Of a DNA stretch of 64,000 nt, positions 13,720-26,767 are shown piece by piece (position 1 is the stretch's first letter; every line of letters starts with the position of its first letter). The position numbers were made by a program, and so were the translations under genes. Below the pieces are notes generated by a model. It searched no databases and was not told the origin of the DNA. It saw nothing but the letters and a program-made list of their open reading frames with translations. Source of the stretch: Tubulanus polymorphus (taxonomy: Eukaryota > Animalia > Nemertea); NCBI RefSeq assembly GCF_964204645.1, contig NC_134026.1, positions 30,848,150 to 30,912,149 of the forward strand, given 5' to 3'.

Positions 13720-15175
13720 ATCTGATCTTTTCCTGTCGTCTGATATTCTACAGCCAACCACAAGCTCAATACATGTACTACAATGTGAAAACACAAAATA
13801 TGAATAATGATATCATTTTTGAGACTTCTTTGAAATAAATTTCAATTATACCTGCTTTTTAGTAGATTCAGACACATGTCTCTTAGGTTTTTCATGAGGA
13901 AATTGATCTGCATCATCGGTATCGTTTCCATCTTGATATCTGGTATTGTGTGACGATTAACTCAATACTAACTACAACAACAATGTACTAAATAAACTAT
14001 GATTTTCATTCATAAGACTCTTCATAAAAACAAAATTCATCTAATTTCAATTTTACCTGATTTATAGTCAATTCAGATTCATGACTCGGACCTTGAGGAA
14101 TTTGCTCAATTCTTCCAGAACTCTGATATTTTCCTTTCCTCTGGTTTTGCGCATCTCTTACCACACAACAAAAGTCCACTGGCTACAACAAAAATACATA
14201 TAAGTAACCAGTTTCATTGAGTCAACTGTTCCTGCAAAGAAATTCATAAATTCAATTTTACCTGATTCATAGTCAATCAAGACATATGACATAGAAGAGA
14301 AATTGCTCAGAACTTCAGTTACTTTTCGTATCTTCTTGAACTTTCTGTTTGATGTGGAGATTCCCCAGAGTACTTCGATTTCTGGGTACAAACACTGAAA
14401 GAAGTCCCGAATTGACGGAGAAAATTTGTCAGCATCTCTGATCTGATCTTTTCCTGTCGTCTGATATTTTACGGCCAACCACAAGCTCAATACTACAATG
14501 ACAAAACACAAAATATGAATAATGATATCATTTTTTAGACTCTTCTTAAAAATAAATTTCAATTATACCTGCTTTATAGTCAATTCAGATTCATGACTCG
14601 GACCTTGAGGAATTTGCTCAACACTTCCTGAACTCTGATGTTTCCTTTCCTCTGGTTTTGAGCGTCTCTAACAACAACAGTCCACTGGCTACAACAAAAG
14701 TACATAAAATAAACATTACAAATCTTCTTTAAGTCAACTGTTCCTGCAAAGAAGTTCATATCAAGTACAATTTTACCTGATTCATAGTCAATTCAGACTC
14801 GATCGTGACACCTTAAATATTTCTCAACGACAACTGGAACAATCCTGGATGTTTCCCGTCAATCGTTTGGTATTTTGTGCTTGATGACCAAATCAATACA
14901 CGCTACAACAGGGAAATATGAAATACTCGTAATACTAACTTACCGTCCTAGTTGAGAACATTCTTATCTACAAAGAAATTTATAGCAATTTATACTATAC
15001 CTGATTTATAGTCTTTACTTAGTGAAAAGAACCTCAGGAACTTTCAGTATCATCTTGAACTCTCTGTTTGGGGAGTGGAGATTCCTCAGTAGAGTACCTC
15101 AGATTTCTGCTGACAGCAGACACCAATCCAACACTTCTCTTTCTGGTACTTTCATCTTTCTCTTTCCTCTCGTTT
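13720..15175 (-). pseudogene. Decayed multi-exon gene or spliced ncRNA built from tandem exon-intron cassettes
   Basis: Six GT-AG introns (13778-13851, 13972-14056, 14183-14261, 14493-14568, 14689-14776, 14903-15000), all CAG|GTA...TTGTAG; exons are mutually similar and some have stop codons. Confidence 0.6.
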
Positions 15176-15444
15176 TACAAATTGATATTTAATTATTTGA
15201 CATTTTGATATTTTTACAATCATAAAATTGATATTATGTTTATCTTTACATAATCGTTATTTGAGATTGTACAAGGAATGATACAAATAATACATTCCTT
15301 AACGTTCCTTAATTTTAAACTTACAGCTGTTTGTAAATTTTTTCCACACACAAAGATGGCATGCTGCATGCTGATCAATTTGCTAACTATGCGCATGGAC
15401 CCGCGGGTCTGCCAGTGCTGTTTAGTGCAATTGATGCATCGGTG

Positions 15445-15580
15445 CAAGTGCAAATTGAGACGTCAAGTGCAGAGTGAGACGTCAAGTGCAAAGTGGGACG
15501 TCAAGTGCATAGTGAGACGTCAAGTGCAAATTGGGATGTCAAGTGTAAATTGGGACGTCACGTGCAAATTGAGATGTCAA
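15445..15580. repeat. 19-bp tandem repeat, about 7 copies, carrying CRE-like GACGTCA
   Basis: Unit caagtgcaaattgagacgt. Confidence 0.85.
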
Positions 15581-15928
15581 TTGTTTTCACCAGTGTTTAC
15601 ATTGGTCGACCATCTTTCTGAAGATGCTTGAAGCAATTTGAATTCTAACAGTTTTTTACACTGTCGGCTCACAGAATTAGAAACTGGTTTACCTCATCAT
15701 CAGAGTTTAGACGCCGACAATTTTATCACTCCTTAAGTGGAGTAATATAATCAAGTCACTAACAATTCAGTTTATGTCAAAATTTAATTTTCAATTCAAG
15801 AAGGGAAAGGAGGGGAAGGCATTAAACCTCAATATCACCCCAGCCTTAGGTCACTTACAATTCAGTTTATGTAGCAATTAACTTGACAATTCAAGAGGGG
15901 AAGGGAGGGATCACTAAATCTCAATTTT

Positions 15929-18249
15929 AACACTTAACTTTCATCACTACCATTGATTTAGCAGTAAATCACCAAAAGTGTTTTGTAACACTAAACTTTC
16001 ATCACCACCAATTGATTTAGCAGTAATTCACCCTCAGTGTTTTGTAACACTTAACTTTCATCACCACCAATTGATTTAGCAGTAATCTACCCACAGTGTT
16101 TTGTAACACTTGACTCTTATCACCACCAATTGATTTAGCAGTAATTCACCCTCAGTGTTTTGTAACACTTAACTTTCATCACCACCAATTGATTTAGCAG
16201 CAATCTACCCACAGTGTTTTGTAACACTCGACTCTTATCACCACCAATTGATTTAGCAGTAATTCACCCTCAGTGTTTTGTAACACTTAACTTTCATCAC
16301 CACCAATTGATTTAGCAGTAATCTACCCACAGTGTTTTGTAACACTTAACTTTCATCACCACCAATTGATTTAGCAGTAATCTACCCACAGTGTTTTGTA
16401 ACACTTAACTTTCATCACCACCAATTGATTTAGCAGTAATTCACCCACAGTGTTTTGTAACACTTAACTTTCATCACCACCAATTGATTTAGCAGTAATT
16501 CACCCTCAGTGTTTTGTAACACTTAACTTTCATCACCACCAATTGATTTAGCAGTAATTCACCCACAGTGTTTTGTAACACCCAACTTTCATCACCATCA
16601 ATTGATTTAGCAGTAATCTACCCACAGTGTTTTGTAACACTTGACTCTTATCACCACTAATTGATTTAGCAGTAATTCACCCACAGTGTTTTGTAACACT
16701 TAACTTTCATCACCACCAATTGATTTAGCAGTAATTCACCCTCAGTGTTTTGTAACACCCAACTTTCATCACCACCAATTGATTTAGCAGTAATCTACCC
16801 ACAGTGTTTTGTAACACTTAACTTTCATCACCACCAATTGATTTAGCAGTAATTCACCCACAGTGTTTTGTAAGACTAAACTTTCATCACCACCAATTGA
16901 TTTAGCAGTAATTCACTCTCAGTGTTTTGTAACACTTAACTTTCATCACCACCAATTGATTTAGCAGTAATCTACCTACAGTGTTTTGTAACACTTGACT
17001 CTTATCACCACCAATTGATTTAGCAGTAATTCACTCTCAGTGTTTTGTAACACTTAACTTTCATCACCACCAATTGATTTAGCAGTAATTCACCCTCAGT
17101 GTTTTGTAACACTTAACTTTCATCACCACCAATTGATTTAGCAGTAATTCACCCTCAGTGTTTTGTAACACCCAACTTTCATCACCATCAATTGATTTAG
17201 CAGTAATCTACCCACAGTGTTTTGTAACACTTGACTCTTATCACCACTAATTGATTTAGCAGTAATTCACCCACAGTGTTTTGTAACACTTAACTTTCAT
17301 CACCACCAATTGATTTAGCAGTAATTCACCCTCAGTGTTTTGTAACACTTAACTTTCATCACCACCAATTGATTTAGCAGTAATTCACTCTCAGTGTTTT
17401 GTAACACTTAACTTTCATCACCACCAATTGATTTAGCAGTAATCTACCTACAGTGTTTTGTAACACTTGACTCTTATCACCACCAATTGATTTAGCAGTA
17501 ATTCACTCTCAGTGTTTTGTAACACTTAACTTTCATCACCACCAATTGATTTAGCAGTAATCTACCCACAGTGTTTTGTAACACTTAACTTTCATCACCA
17601 CCAATTGATTTAGCAGTAATTCACCCTCAGTGTTTTGTAACACTTGACTCTTATCACCACCAATTGATTTAGCAGTAATTCACCCTCAGTGTTTTGTAAC
17701 ACTTAACTTTCATCACCACCAATTGATTTAGCAGTAATTCACCCTCAGTGTTTTGTAACACTTAAATTTCATCACCACCAATTGATTTAGCAGTAATCTA
17801 CCCACAGTGTTTTGTAACACTCAGTGTTTTGTAACACTTAACTTTCATCACCACCAATTGATTTAGCAGTAATTCACCCTCAGTGTTTTGTAACACATAA
17901 CTTTCATCACCACCAATTGATTTAGCTGTAATCTACCCACAGTGTTTTGTAACACTTGACTCTTATCACCACCAATTGATTTAGCAGTAATTCACTCTCC
18001 ATGTTTTGTAACACTTAACTTTCATCACCACCAATTGATTTAGCTGTAATCTACCCACAGTGTTTTGTAACACTTGACTCTTATCATCACCAAATGATTT
18101 AGCAGTAATTCACCCTCAGTGTTTTGTAACACTTAACTTTCATCACCACCAATTGATTTAGCCGTAATTCATCCAGAGTGTTTTGTAACACTTTACTTTC
18201 ATCACCACCAATTGATTTAGCAGTAATTCACCCACAGTGTTTTGTAACA
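15929..18249. repeat. 59-bp satellite (A), about 39 copies
   Basis: Unit aacacttaactttcatcaccaccaattgatttagcagtaattcaccctcagtgttttgt. Confidence 0.97.
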
Positions 18250-18289
18250 TAATGTGTAATTTAATAATGTAATTATTTAATAATTCATG

Positions 18290-19308
18290 ATGAAATAATG
18301 TTTAATGTAATAATCTTTATTTTAATAATGTTTAATGTAATAATTCAAGAAGTCCAGGGAAGGAGGTAAGAATTAACACCCAGCAGCAAGTTGCAGTATT
18401 AAAGGAGGTCATCAGTGTTGTAACACACTGACAATTCAATTGATTTGTCACGTTTCTACATGACAGTTGAAGAAGGAAGGAGGAGACTCCTGCACTCAAT
18501 ATCACCCCAAAACAGAGCCAGCAGCAAGCAGCAGTATTTAAGGAGGATGATTCATGGTGTTATAATGTTTAAATTAATAATTTTTATTGTAATAATGTTT
18601 AATGTAATAGTTCAAGAAGTTAAGGGAAGGAGGTAAGAATTAACACGCAGCAGCAAGCAGAAGTAATAAAGGAGACCATCAGTGTTGTACCACACTGTCC
18701 ATTTAGTTTGTTTGTCACGTTTCTACATGACAGTTGAAGAAGGAAGGAGAAGACTCCTGCACTCAATATCACCCCAAAACAGAGCCAGCAGCAAGCAGCA
18801 GTATTTAAGGAGGATGATTCATGATGTTATAATGTTTAATGTAATAATTCTTATTGTAATAATGTTTAATGTAATAATTCAAGAAGTTCATGGAAGGTGG
18901 TAAGAATTTACACCCAGCAGCAAGCAGCAGTATTAAAGGAGTCCATCAGTGTTGTAACACACTGACAATTCAGTTTGTTTGTCACGTTTCTACATGACAG
19001 TTGAAACAGGAAGGAGGAGACTCCTGCACTCGATATCACCCCAAAACAGAGTGTATTAATTAACACCCAGCAGCAAGCAGCAGTATTAAAGGAGTCCATC
19101 AGTGTTGTAACACACTGACAATTCAGTTTGTTTGTCACGTTTCTACATGATAGTTGAAGAAGGAAGGAGGAGACTCCTGAACTCAATATCACCCCAAAAC
19201 AGAGTGTATTAATTAACACCCAGCAGCAAGCAGCAGTATTAAAGGAGGTCATCAGTGTTGTAACAAACTGACAATTCAGTTTGTTTGTCACGTTTCTACA
19301 TGACAGTT
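18290..19308. repeat. 153/267-bp satellite (B), left block
   Basis: cacccagcagcaag-like start recurs at 18377, 18644, 18911 (267 bp) then 19064, 19217 (153 bp). Confidence 0.93.
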
Positions 19309-19409
19309 AACAACTTTCAGTTGCAAGGAACCAAAATGAAGCTATCAAACAATAGCATATTTGAGTATATCACTTTTAAAATCAATAATGTGATAATAAT
19401 TTGCTGATA

Positions 19410-21128
19410 CAATATATACAATGAACCAACACCAGCGACATTTCAAAGATTCAACCACCACAAAGCTATCGATGGATAGCTGTTTTGAATATTTATATAC
19501 TTTAAACGTTAAGTCGTAATGAGGACGATCAGGAAACAAAATCAATCCCAATTCACTGACATATATTACATTATATACACAAAACCAACACCAGCGATAT
19601 TTCAATAATTCAACCACCACAAAGCTATCGATGGATAGCTGTTTTGAATATTTATACATTTAAAACGTAAAGTCGCAATATGGACGATCAGGAAACATAA
19701 TCAATCCCAATTCACTGACATATATTACAATATATACACAGTACCAACACCAGCGACATTTCAAAGATTCAACCACCACAAAGCTATCGATGGATAGCTG
19801 TTTTGAATATTTATACATTTAAAACGTAAAGTCGCAATAAGGACGATCAGGAAACATAATCAATCCCAATTCACTGACATATATTACAATATATACACAG
19901 TACCAACACCAGCGACGTTTCAAAGATTCAACCACCACAAAGCTATCGATGGATAGCTGTTTGAATATTTATATACTTTAAACGTTAAGTCGTAATGAGG
20001 ACGATCAGGAAACAAAATCAATCCCAATTCACTGACATATATTACATTATATACACAAAACCAACACCAGCGATATTTCAATAATTCAACCACCACAAAG
20101 CTATCGATGGATAGCTGTTTTGAATATTTATACATTTAAAACGTAAAGTCGCAATAAGGACGATCAGGAAACATAATCAATCCCAATTCACTGACATATA
20201 TTACAATATATACACAGTACCAACACCAGCGACATTTCAAAGATTCAACCACCACAAAGCTATCGATGGATAGCCATTTTGAATATTTATACATTTTAAA
20301 CGTAAAGTCGCAATAAGGACGATCAGGAAACATAATCAGTCCCAATTCACTGACATATATTACAATATATACAAAGTACCAACACCAGCGACATTTCAAA
20401 GATTCAACCACCACAAAGCTATCGATGGATAGCTGTTTTGAATATTTATATACTTTAAACGTTAAGTCGTAATGAGGACGATCAGGAAGCATAATCAATC
20501 CCAATTCACCGACATATATTACAATATATACACAAAACCAACACCAGCGACATTTCAAAGATTCAACCACCACAAAGCTATCGATGGATAGCTGTTTTGA
20601 ATATTTATACATTTAAAACGTAAAGTCGCAATAAGGACGATCAGGAAACATAATCAGTCCCAATTCACTGACATATATTACAATATATACAAAGTACCAA
20701 CACCAGCGACATTTCAAAGATTCAACCACCACAAAGCTATCGATGGATAGCTGTTTTGAATATTTATACATTTAAAATGTAAAGTCGCAATAAGGACGAT
20801 CAGGAAACATAATCAATCCCAATTCACTGACATATATTACAATATATACAAAGTACCAACACCAGCGACATTTCAAAGATTCAACCACCACAAAGCTATC
20901 GATGGATAGCTGTTTTGAATATCTATACATTTAAAACGTAAAGTCGCAATAAGGACGATCAGGAAAGATAATCAATCCCAATTCACTGACATATATTACA
21001 ATATATACAAAGTACCAACACCAGCGACATTTCAAAGTTTCAACCACCACAAAGCTATCGATGGATAGCTGTTTTGAATAATTATACATTTAAAACGTAA
21101 AGTCGCAATAAGGACGACCAGGAAACAA
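19410..21128. repeat. 159-bp satellite (C), 11 copies
   Basis: gctatcgatggatagc recurs about every 159 bp from about 19465 to 21054. Confidence 0.95.
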
Positions 21129-21139
21129 AACTCGCCAAA

Positions 21140-22362
21140 ACTCAATATCACTCCATAACAGAGTGTATTAATTAACACCCAGCAGCAAGCAGCAGTATTA
21201 AAGGAGGTCATCAGTGTTGTAACACAATGACAATTCAGTTTGTTTGTCACATTCCTACATGACAGTTGAAGAAGGAAGGAGGAGACTCCTGCACTCAATA
21301 TCACCCCAAAACAGAGCCAGCAGCAAGCAGCAGTATTTAAGGAGGATGATTCATGATGTTATAATGTTTAATGTAATAATTCTTATTGTAATAATGTTTA
21401 ATGTAATAATTCAAGAAGTTCATGGAAGGTGGTAAGAATTTACACCCAGCAGCAAGCAGCAATATTAAAGGAGTCCATCAGTGTTGTAACACACTGACAA
21501 TTCAGTTCGTTTGTCACGTTTCTACATGACAGTTGAAACAGGAAGGAGGAGACTCCTGCACCCGATATCACCCCAAAACAGAGTGTATTAATTTACACCC
21601 AGCAGCAAGCAGCAGTAGTTAAGGAGGTCATCAGTGTTGTAACACACTGACAATTCAGTTTGTTAGTCACGTTTCTACATGACAGTTGAAGAAGGAAGGA
21701 GGAGACTCCTGCACTCGATATCACCCCAAAACAGAGTGTATTAATTTACACCCAGCAGCAAGCAGCAGTAGTTAAGGAGGTCATCAGTGTTGTAACACAC
21801 TGACAATTCAGTTTGTTAGTCACGTTTCTACATGACAGTTGAAGAAGGAAGGAGGAGACTCCTGCACTCAATATCACCCCAAAACAGAGTGTATCAATTA
21901 ACACGCAGCAGCAAGCAGCAGTATTTAAGGAGGTCATCAGTGATGTAACGCACTGACAATTCAATTTGTTTTTCACATTCCTACATGACAATTGAAGAAG
22001 GAAGGAGGAGACTCCTGCACTCAATATCACCCCAAAACAGAGCCAGCAGCAAGCAGCAGTATTTAAGGAAGATGATTCATGGTGTTATAATGTTTAATGT
22101 AATAATTCTTATTGTAATAATGTTAAATGTAATAATTCAAGAAGTTCATGGAAGGTGGTAAGAATTTACACCCAGCAGCAAGCAGCAGTATTAAAGGAGG
22201 TCATCAGTGTTGTAACGCACTGACAATTCAGTTTGTTTGTCACGGTTCTACATGACAGGTGAAGAAGGAAGGAGGAGACTCCTGCGCTCAATATCACCCC
22301 TAAACAGAGTGTATCAATTAACATCCAGCAGCAAGCAGCAGTATTGTAGGAGGTCATCAGTG
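21140..22362. repeat. 153/267-bp satellite (B), right block
   Basis: Same units and same orientation as 18290-19308. Confidence 0.93.
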
Positions 22363-22363
22363 A

Positions 22364-22591
22364 TGATTTAGTCATTCACCCACAGTGTTTTGTAACACTT
22401 AACTTTCATCACCACTAATTGATTTAGCAGTAATTCACCCACAGTGTTTTGTAACACTTAACTTTCATCACCACTAATTGATTTAGCAGTAATCTACCCA
22501 CAGTGTTTTGTAACACTTAACTTTCATCACCACTAATTGATTTAGCAGTAATTCACCCACAGTGTTTTGTAACACTTTACTTTCATCACCA
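22364..22591. repeat. 59-bp satellite (A), right block, about 4 copies
   Basis: Same unit as 15929-18249; an isolated remnant also at about 23180-23240. Confidence 0.92.
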
Positions 22592-23534
22592 CAGCAAAGA
22601 ACTAAATGTACACAAACAATGAGTGTCTTATTTAATTGTTGATGAGAGAGGAGAGAGGAGAGGAGGCATGTACACCTAACACAACGTTTAAAACTCAATA
22701 TCACAACCAAAACAGAGTTGAATGATAGCAAGCATCAGCAACATGTAGTTTTCAAATAAGGAATTAATCAGTATTGTAAGTCACATCTATTTGACAATTC
22801 AAGAAGGCAAGGGAAGGAGAAGAGACTCCAATACTCAATATCACCCCTTAAACAGAGTGGAATGAGCAACATGCAGTAGCAAACAACAGTATTTGCCGTA
22901 GTAGCAAACAACAGTATTTGCCGTTTTTAAAGGAGATGAAAGGAGTATCTTCTGTATTTGATACTCGTTTGATGTCATAGCAAGGCCATTACCGGGAGTT
23001 ATAGAGAACAAAAGGAGAAGCCATGCCACCACGACATTTTAATTGTCTATGATTTTTATATTGTATACAAAAACGGCACGATATATCACCTCGTAGCAGA
23101 GGAAGGAGGTAGAACAAACCACAAGATCAGTACATCTATCAATTTTTCATTATATGTATTATTGTTCCAAGACACCAACTTTCAGTGTTTTGTAGCACTT
23201 TTATCACCACTAATTGATTTAGCAGTAATTTACACTTTCATTGTATTCAGATTTGTGTCTTACTTATTTCGTGATGAGAGAGGAGAGAGAGGAGTCTTGT
23301 AGGAAATGTAGCCATACACCTATCAAAGCTTTTTTACAAACGTAAATCAGTTTATTCTAGACTATGGACGTTTGTTGCTGGAGGAAACAAACTTTATTCC
23401 AATCGAAACCCTTTTAGCTTTTTCTTAGAGACATCGAACCCACACGACGTCTGGCAAAGGCTTCAAACATTTTGATAACTGTTCCCATAGAGCCAATGAT
23501 AAAACCAGCATTTATCATCATCAAACCAAAGCTG

Positions 23535-24348
23535 AAAACTGCAACCAGTGAGGGGAAGTATGCACAATCATTGAAATGATTGTTCATAGCTGCAACCAAT
23601 GGAGTGAACTGCAACCAGTGATGGGGAAGTATGCACAATCATTGAAATGATTGTTCATAGCTGCAACCAATGGAGTGAACTGCAACCAGTGATGGGGAAG
23701 TATGCACAATCAATGAGATGATTGTAAATAGCTGCAACCAATCAAGTGAACTGCAACCAGTGATGGGGAAGTATGCGCAATCAATGAGATGATTGTTCAT
23801 AGCTGCAACCAATCAAGTGAAATTCAGCCAGTGAGGGGAAACTATATTTCAAACCAGTGAAGGGAAAGTATGCACAATCAATCAGATGATTGTTCATAGC
23901 TGCAACCAATGGAGTGAACTGCAACCAGTGAGGGGGGAAGTATGCACAATCAATGAGATGATTGTTCATAGCTGCAACCAATGAAGTGAACTGCAACCAG
24001 TGAGGGGGGAAGTATGCACAATCAATTAGATGATTGTTCATAGCTGCAACCAATCAAGTGAACTGCAACCAGTGAGGGGGGGGAAGTATGCACAATCAAT
24101 TAGATGATTGTTCATAGCTGCAACCACTGGAGTGAACTGCAACCAGTGAGGGGGAAGTATACACAATCAATGAGATGATTGTTCATAGCTGCAACCAATG
24201 AAGTGAACTGCAACCAGTGAGGATAAGTATGCACAATCAATGAGATGATTGTTCATAGCTGCAACCAATCAAGTGAACTGCAACCAGTGAGGGGAAACTG
24301 TATTTCAAACCAGTGAGGGGAAAGTATGCACAACCAATGAGATGATTG
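23535..24348. repeat. About 71-bp tandem repeat, about 11 copies
   Basis: Unit atgcacaatcaatgagatgattgttcatagctgcaaccaatcaagtgaactgcaaccagtgaggggaagt with variable G-run. Confidence 0.93.
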
Positions 24349-24479
24349 TCGTAATGGTATCAATGCTACGAATGTATGTGAAAAGTGAAAAGTAATAGTT
24401 TGAAACCAAGATTGAATGCATTCATTCTGTTGTATTGAATAATGTGAGATCCGATGAAAATTATGAAAAAAGAAAAAAC

Positions 24480-24990
24480 AAACTACTATCTACAAATTTA
24501 CAATATTTACAAGAAAATTAAAAAGAGAAATAAAAACGACTATTTACAAATTTACAATATTTACAAGAGAAATAAAAACTACTATTTACAAATTTACAAT
24601 ATTTACAAGAGAAATAAAAACTACTATTTACAAATTTACAATATTTACAAGATAGAGAGAAAGAGAGCGAAAGAGAGAGAGAGGAGAGTGAGGAGAGAGA
24701 GAGGAGGGAGAGAGGAGGAAGGATGAAGGAGAGGGGTGAGAGGAAGAAAGGAGAGAGAGGAGTGAGTTAGTGGGTTAAAGAAAGAGGAAGAGAGAGTTAG
24801 TGGGTTAGAGAAAGAGGGAGAGAGTTAGTGGGTTAGAAAAAGAGGAAGAGAGTTAGTGGGTTAGAGAGAGAGAGGGAAAGGATAGAGAGAGGGAAAGGAT
24901 AGAGACAGAGAGGGAAAGGATAGAGACAGAGAGGGAAAGGATAGAGACAGAGAGGGAAAGGATAGAGACAGAGAGGGAAAGGATAGAGAA
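24480..24990. repeat. 42-bp repeat followed by AG-rich low-complexity and 21-bp repeats
   Basis: aagagaaataaaaactactatttacaaatttacaatatttac x4; gagggaaaggatagagacaga x4-5. Confidence 0.9.
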
Positions 24991-25044
24991 AGGTAGAAAA
25001 AGAAGGGACGATAAAAACGATAAAACATATGATAAAAACAGTAA

Positions 25045-25260
25045 AACATATGGATAAAAACGGTTAAAAAGAGGCAGTTTAACGTCATACCACAGGACAA
25101 ATAGATAAAAATCACTGATAAAATGTATGGATAAAACGTATTGTTAAAATGAGGCAGTTTAACGTCGTACCACAGGACAAACAGATAAAAATCACTGATA
25201 AAATGTATGGATAAAACGTATTGTTAAAATGAGGCAGTTTAACGTCGTACCACAGGACAA
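25045..25260. repeat. 80-bp tandem repeat, about 3 copies
   Basis: gaggcagtttaacgtc at 25071, 25151, 25231. Confidence 0.9.
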
Positions 25261-26130
25261 CTTGAAAATAGAGGTACACTAGCAATACTACTTATATGTT
25301 ACTAGGTACAGTATTTTAGACAATTCTATAAAATTATCTCAACCTCTGCACTACCAAATATCAATTCGACAAAAAGTCATCTCTAAAAACATTTGTATGA
25401 AATAAAACAACAAAACATAACGTAGCATTGAATTAATATTAATGTTATCAGAAGCTGAAAATCTGAAATCAACCATCAGCCATAAATGAGGAGGCGGGAC
25501 TAATGCAATGAAATAATATCAATGCTCCAAACTTATAGGTTAAAATCTTGTTAAAACAATAGATCCAACAAGTGATATCAGTATCAAACTAAGATTGAAT
25601 GCATTCATTCTGTTGTTTTGAATATTAAAATTATTCAATAGAATTAAAAATATTAATTATCAATTAAATCTTTATCAAAATTTGCACTAAAATAGATTTG
25701 ATGTATAGATATTATGAAGTTTAGAAAATTAAAAATTTAAGATTATATTTGAAATGTTTAAATAATCATTAAAATCTTAAGTTAAAAAGATATCTAAAAA
25801 TATTTACAAGTAGAAATCAAAACCAATTTAAAAAAAATATAATATATACAAATAAAAAGCTATTTATAAATTTACAACATGTACAAGTACGGATAAAATG
25901 TGTCGATCAATTTGATGAAATATTTTATATTATTTGTCAATCATAATCGGAACCCAAGTGATTTCAGAATGGAATAACTGGGCCAGGCCAATCACTCACT
26001 CGATGATCATCAATTACTGGTACTACACAACCACAGAAAGAGTGGTTTTTACCACGCGGTATATTAGGCCAGGTGCACCTCCCAATAATAATGCCGCCAT
26101 TATGTTTGGCTTTTTGAGTGTTGATATGTA

Positions 26131-26492
26131 CATCGATACATCCTCAATCACTAGGGTTTTATTGTCGCCCACCGGCACTCACGCTTACACAAACCCCAGT
26201 CACAAACCCTTCATTGGTCTCTTACATTGTCCAAGATATTTCGTGTCGACAGGTTGCTGCTAAGCAGCCACTAGTCTTTATATCTAGTCAATCAGATGTG
26301 TAGCGGACTTGCGAAAAAACAATGCATCTGATTGACTTAATACATAGACTGGTGGCTGCTCAGTGGTAACCTGTCTACCCAAGAAATCTTGAGCAATGTA
26401 GTAGACCACTGAAGAGTTGGCAGCCAGGATTTATGTTGGCATGAGCTTTGGCAGACGACAATTAAAACCTGGCAAGTGAGGATGATATTGAT
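26131..26492. repeat. Imperfect about 170-bp inverted repeat with 26-nt loop
   Basis: ...agtcaatcagatg (ends 26298) and catctgattgact... (starts 26325); similarity extends outward. Confidence 0.8.
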
Positions 26493-26767
26493 ATTGAATG
26501 AAAAAGCTGCATGAAATGTGTACGAGAACCTTGATAGCAGTGAAAAAAGATAAAAACAAGGGGTGCAGGAAGACCATGCCCTAGATTCTTAAAATTAAGA
26601 TAATATTATATATCAATGACTTGAGAGTAAATTCATTACTAATTAATCTAATTAACTGCAAGTTCATCTAACAATAAAAATCAAATCATCTATTCTATAT
26701 CTCCTCATGCAATTATCAATAACAATAAAACAGGCGGGTAATTGAAACTGGTGTTGACGCTAAAATA

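Noticed and set aside
15929-18249. CACAGTG in the 59-mer as a RAG/Transib RSS heptamer
   Set aside because: No nonamer at 12 or 23 nt spacing; many units read CTCAGTG
24765-24865. gttagtgggttag as an interstitial telomeric repeat
   Set aside because: Not contiguous TTAGGG; part of an AG-rich minisatellite
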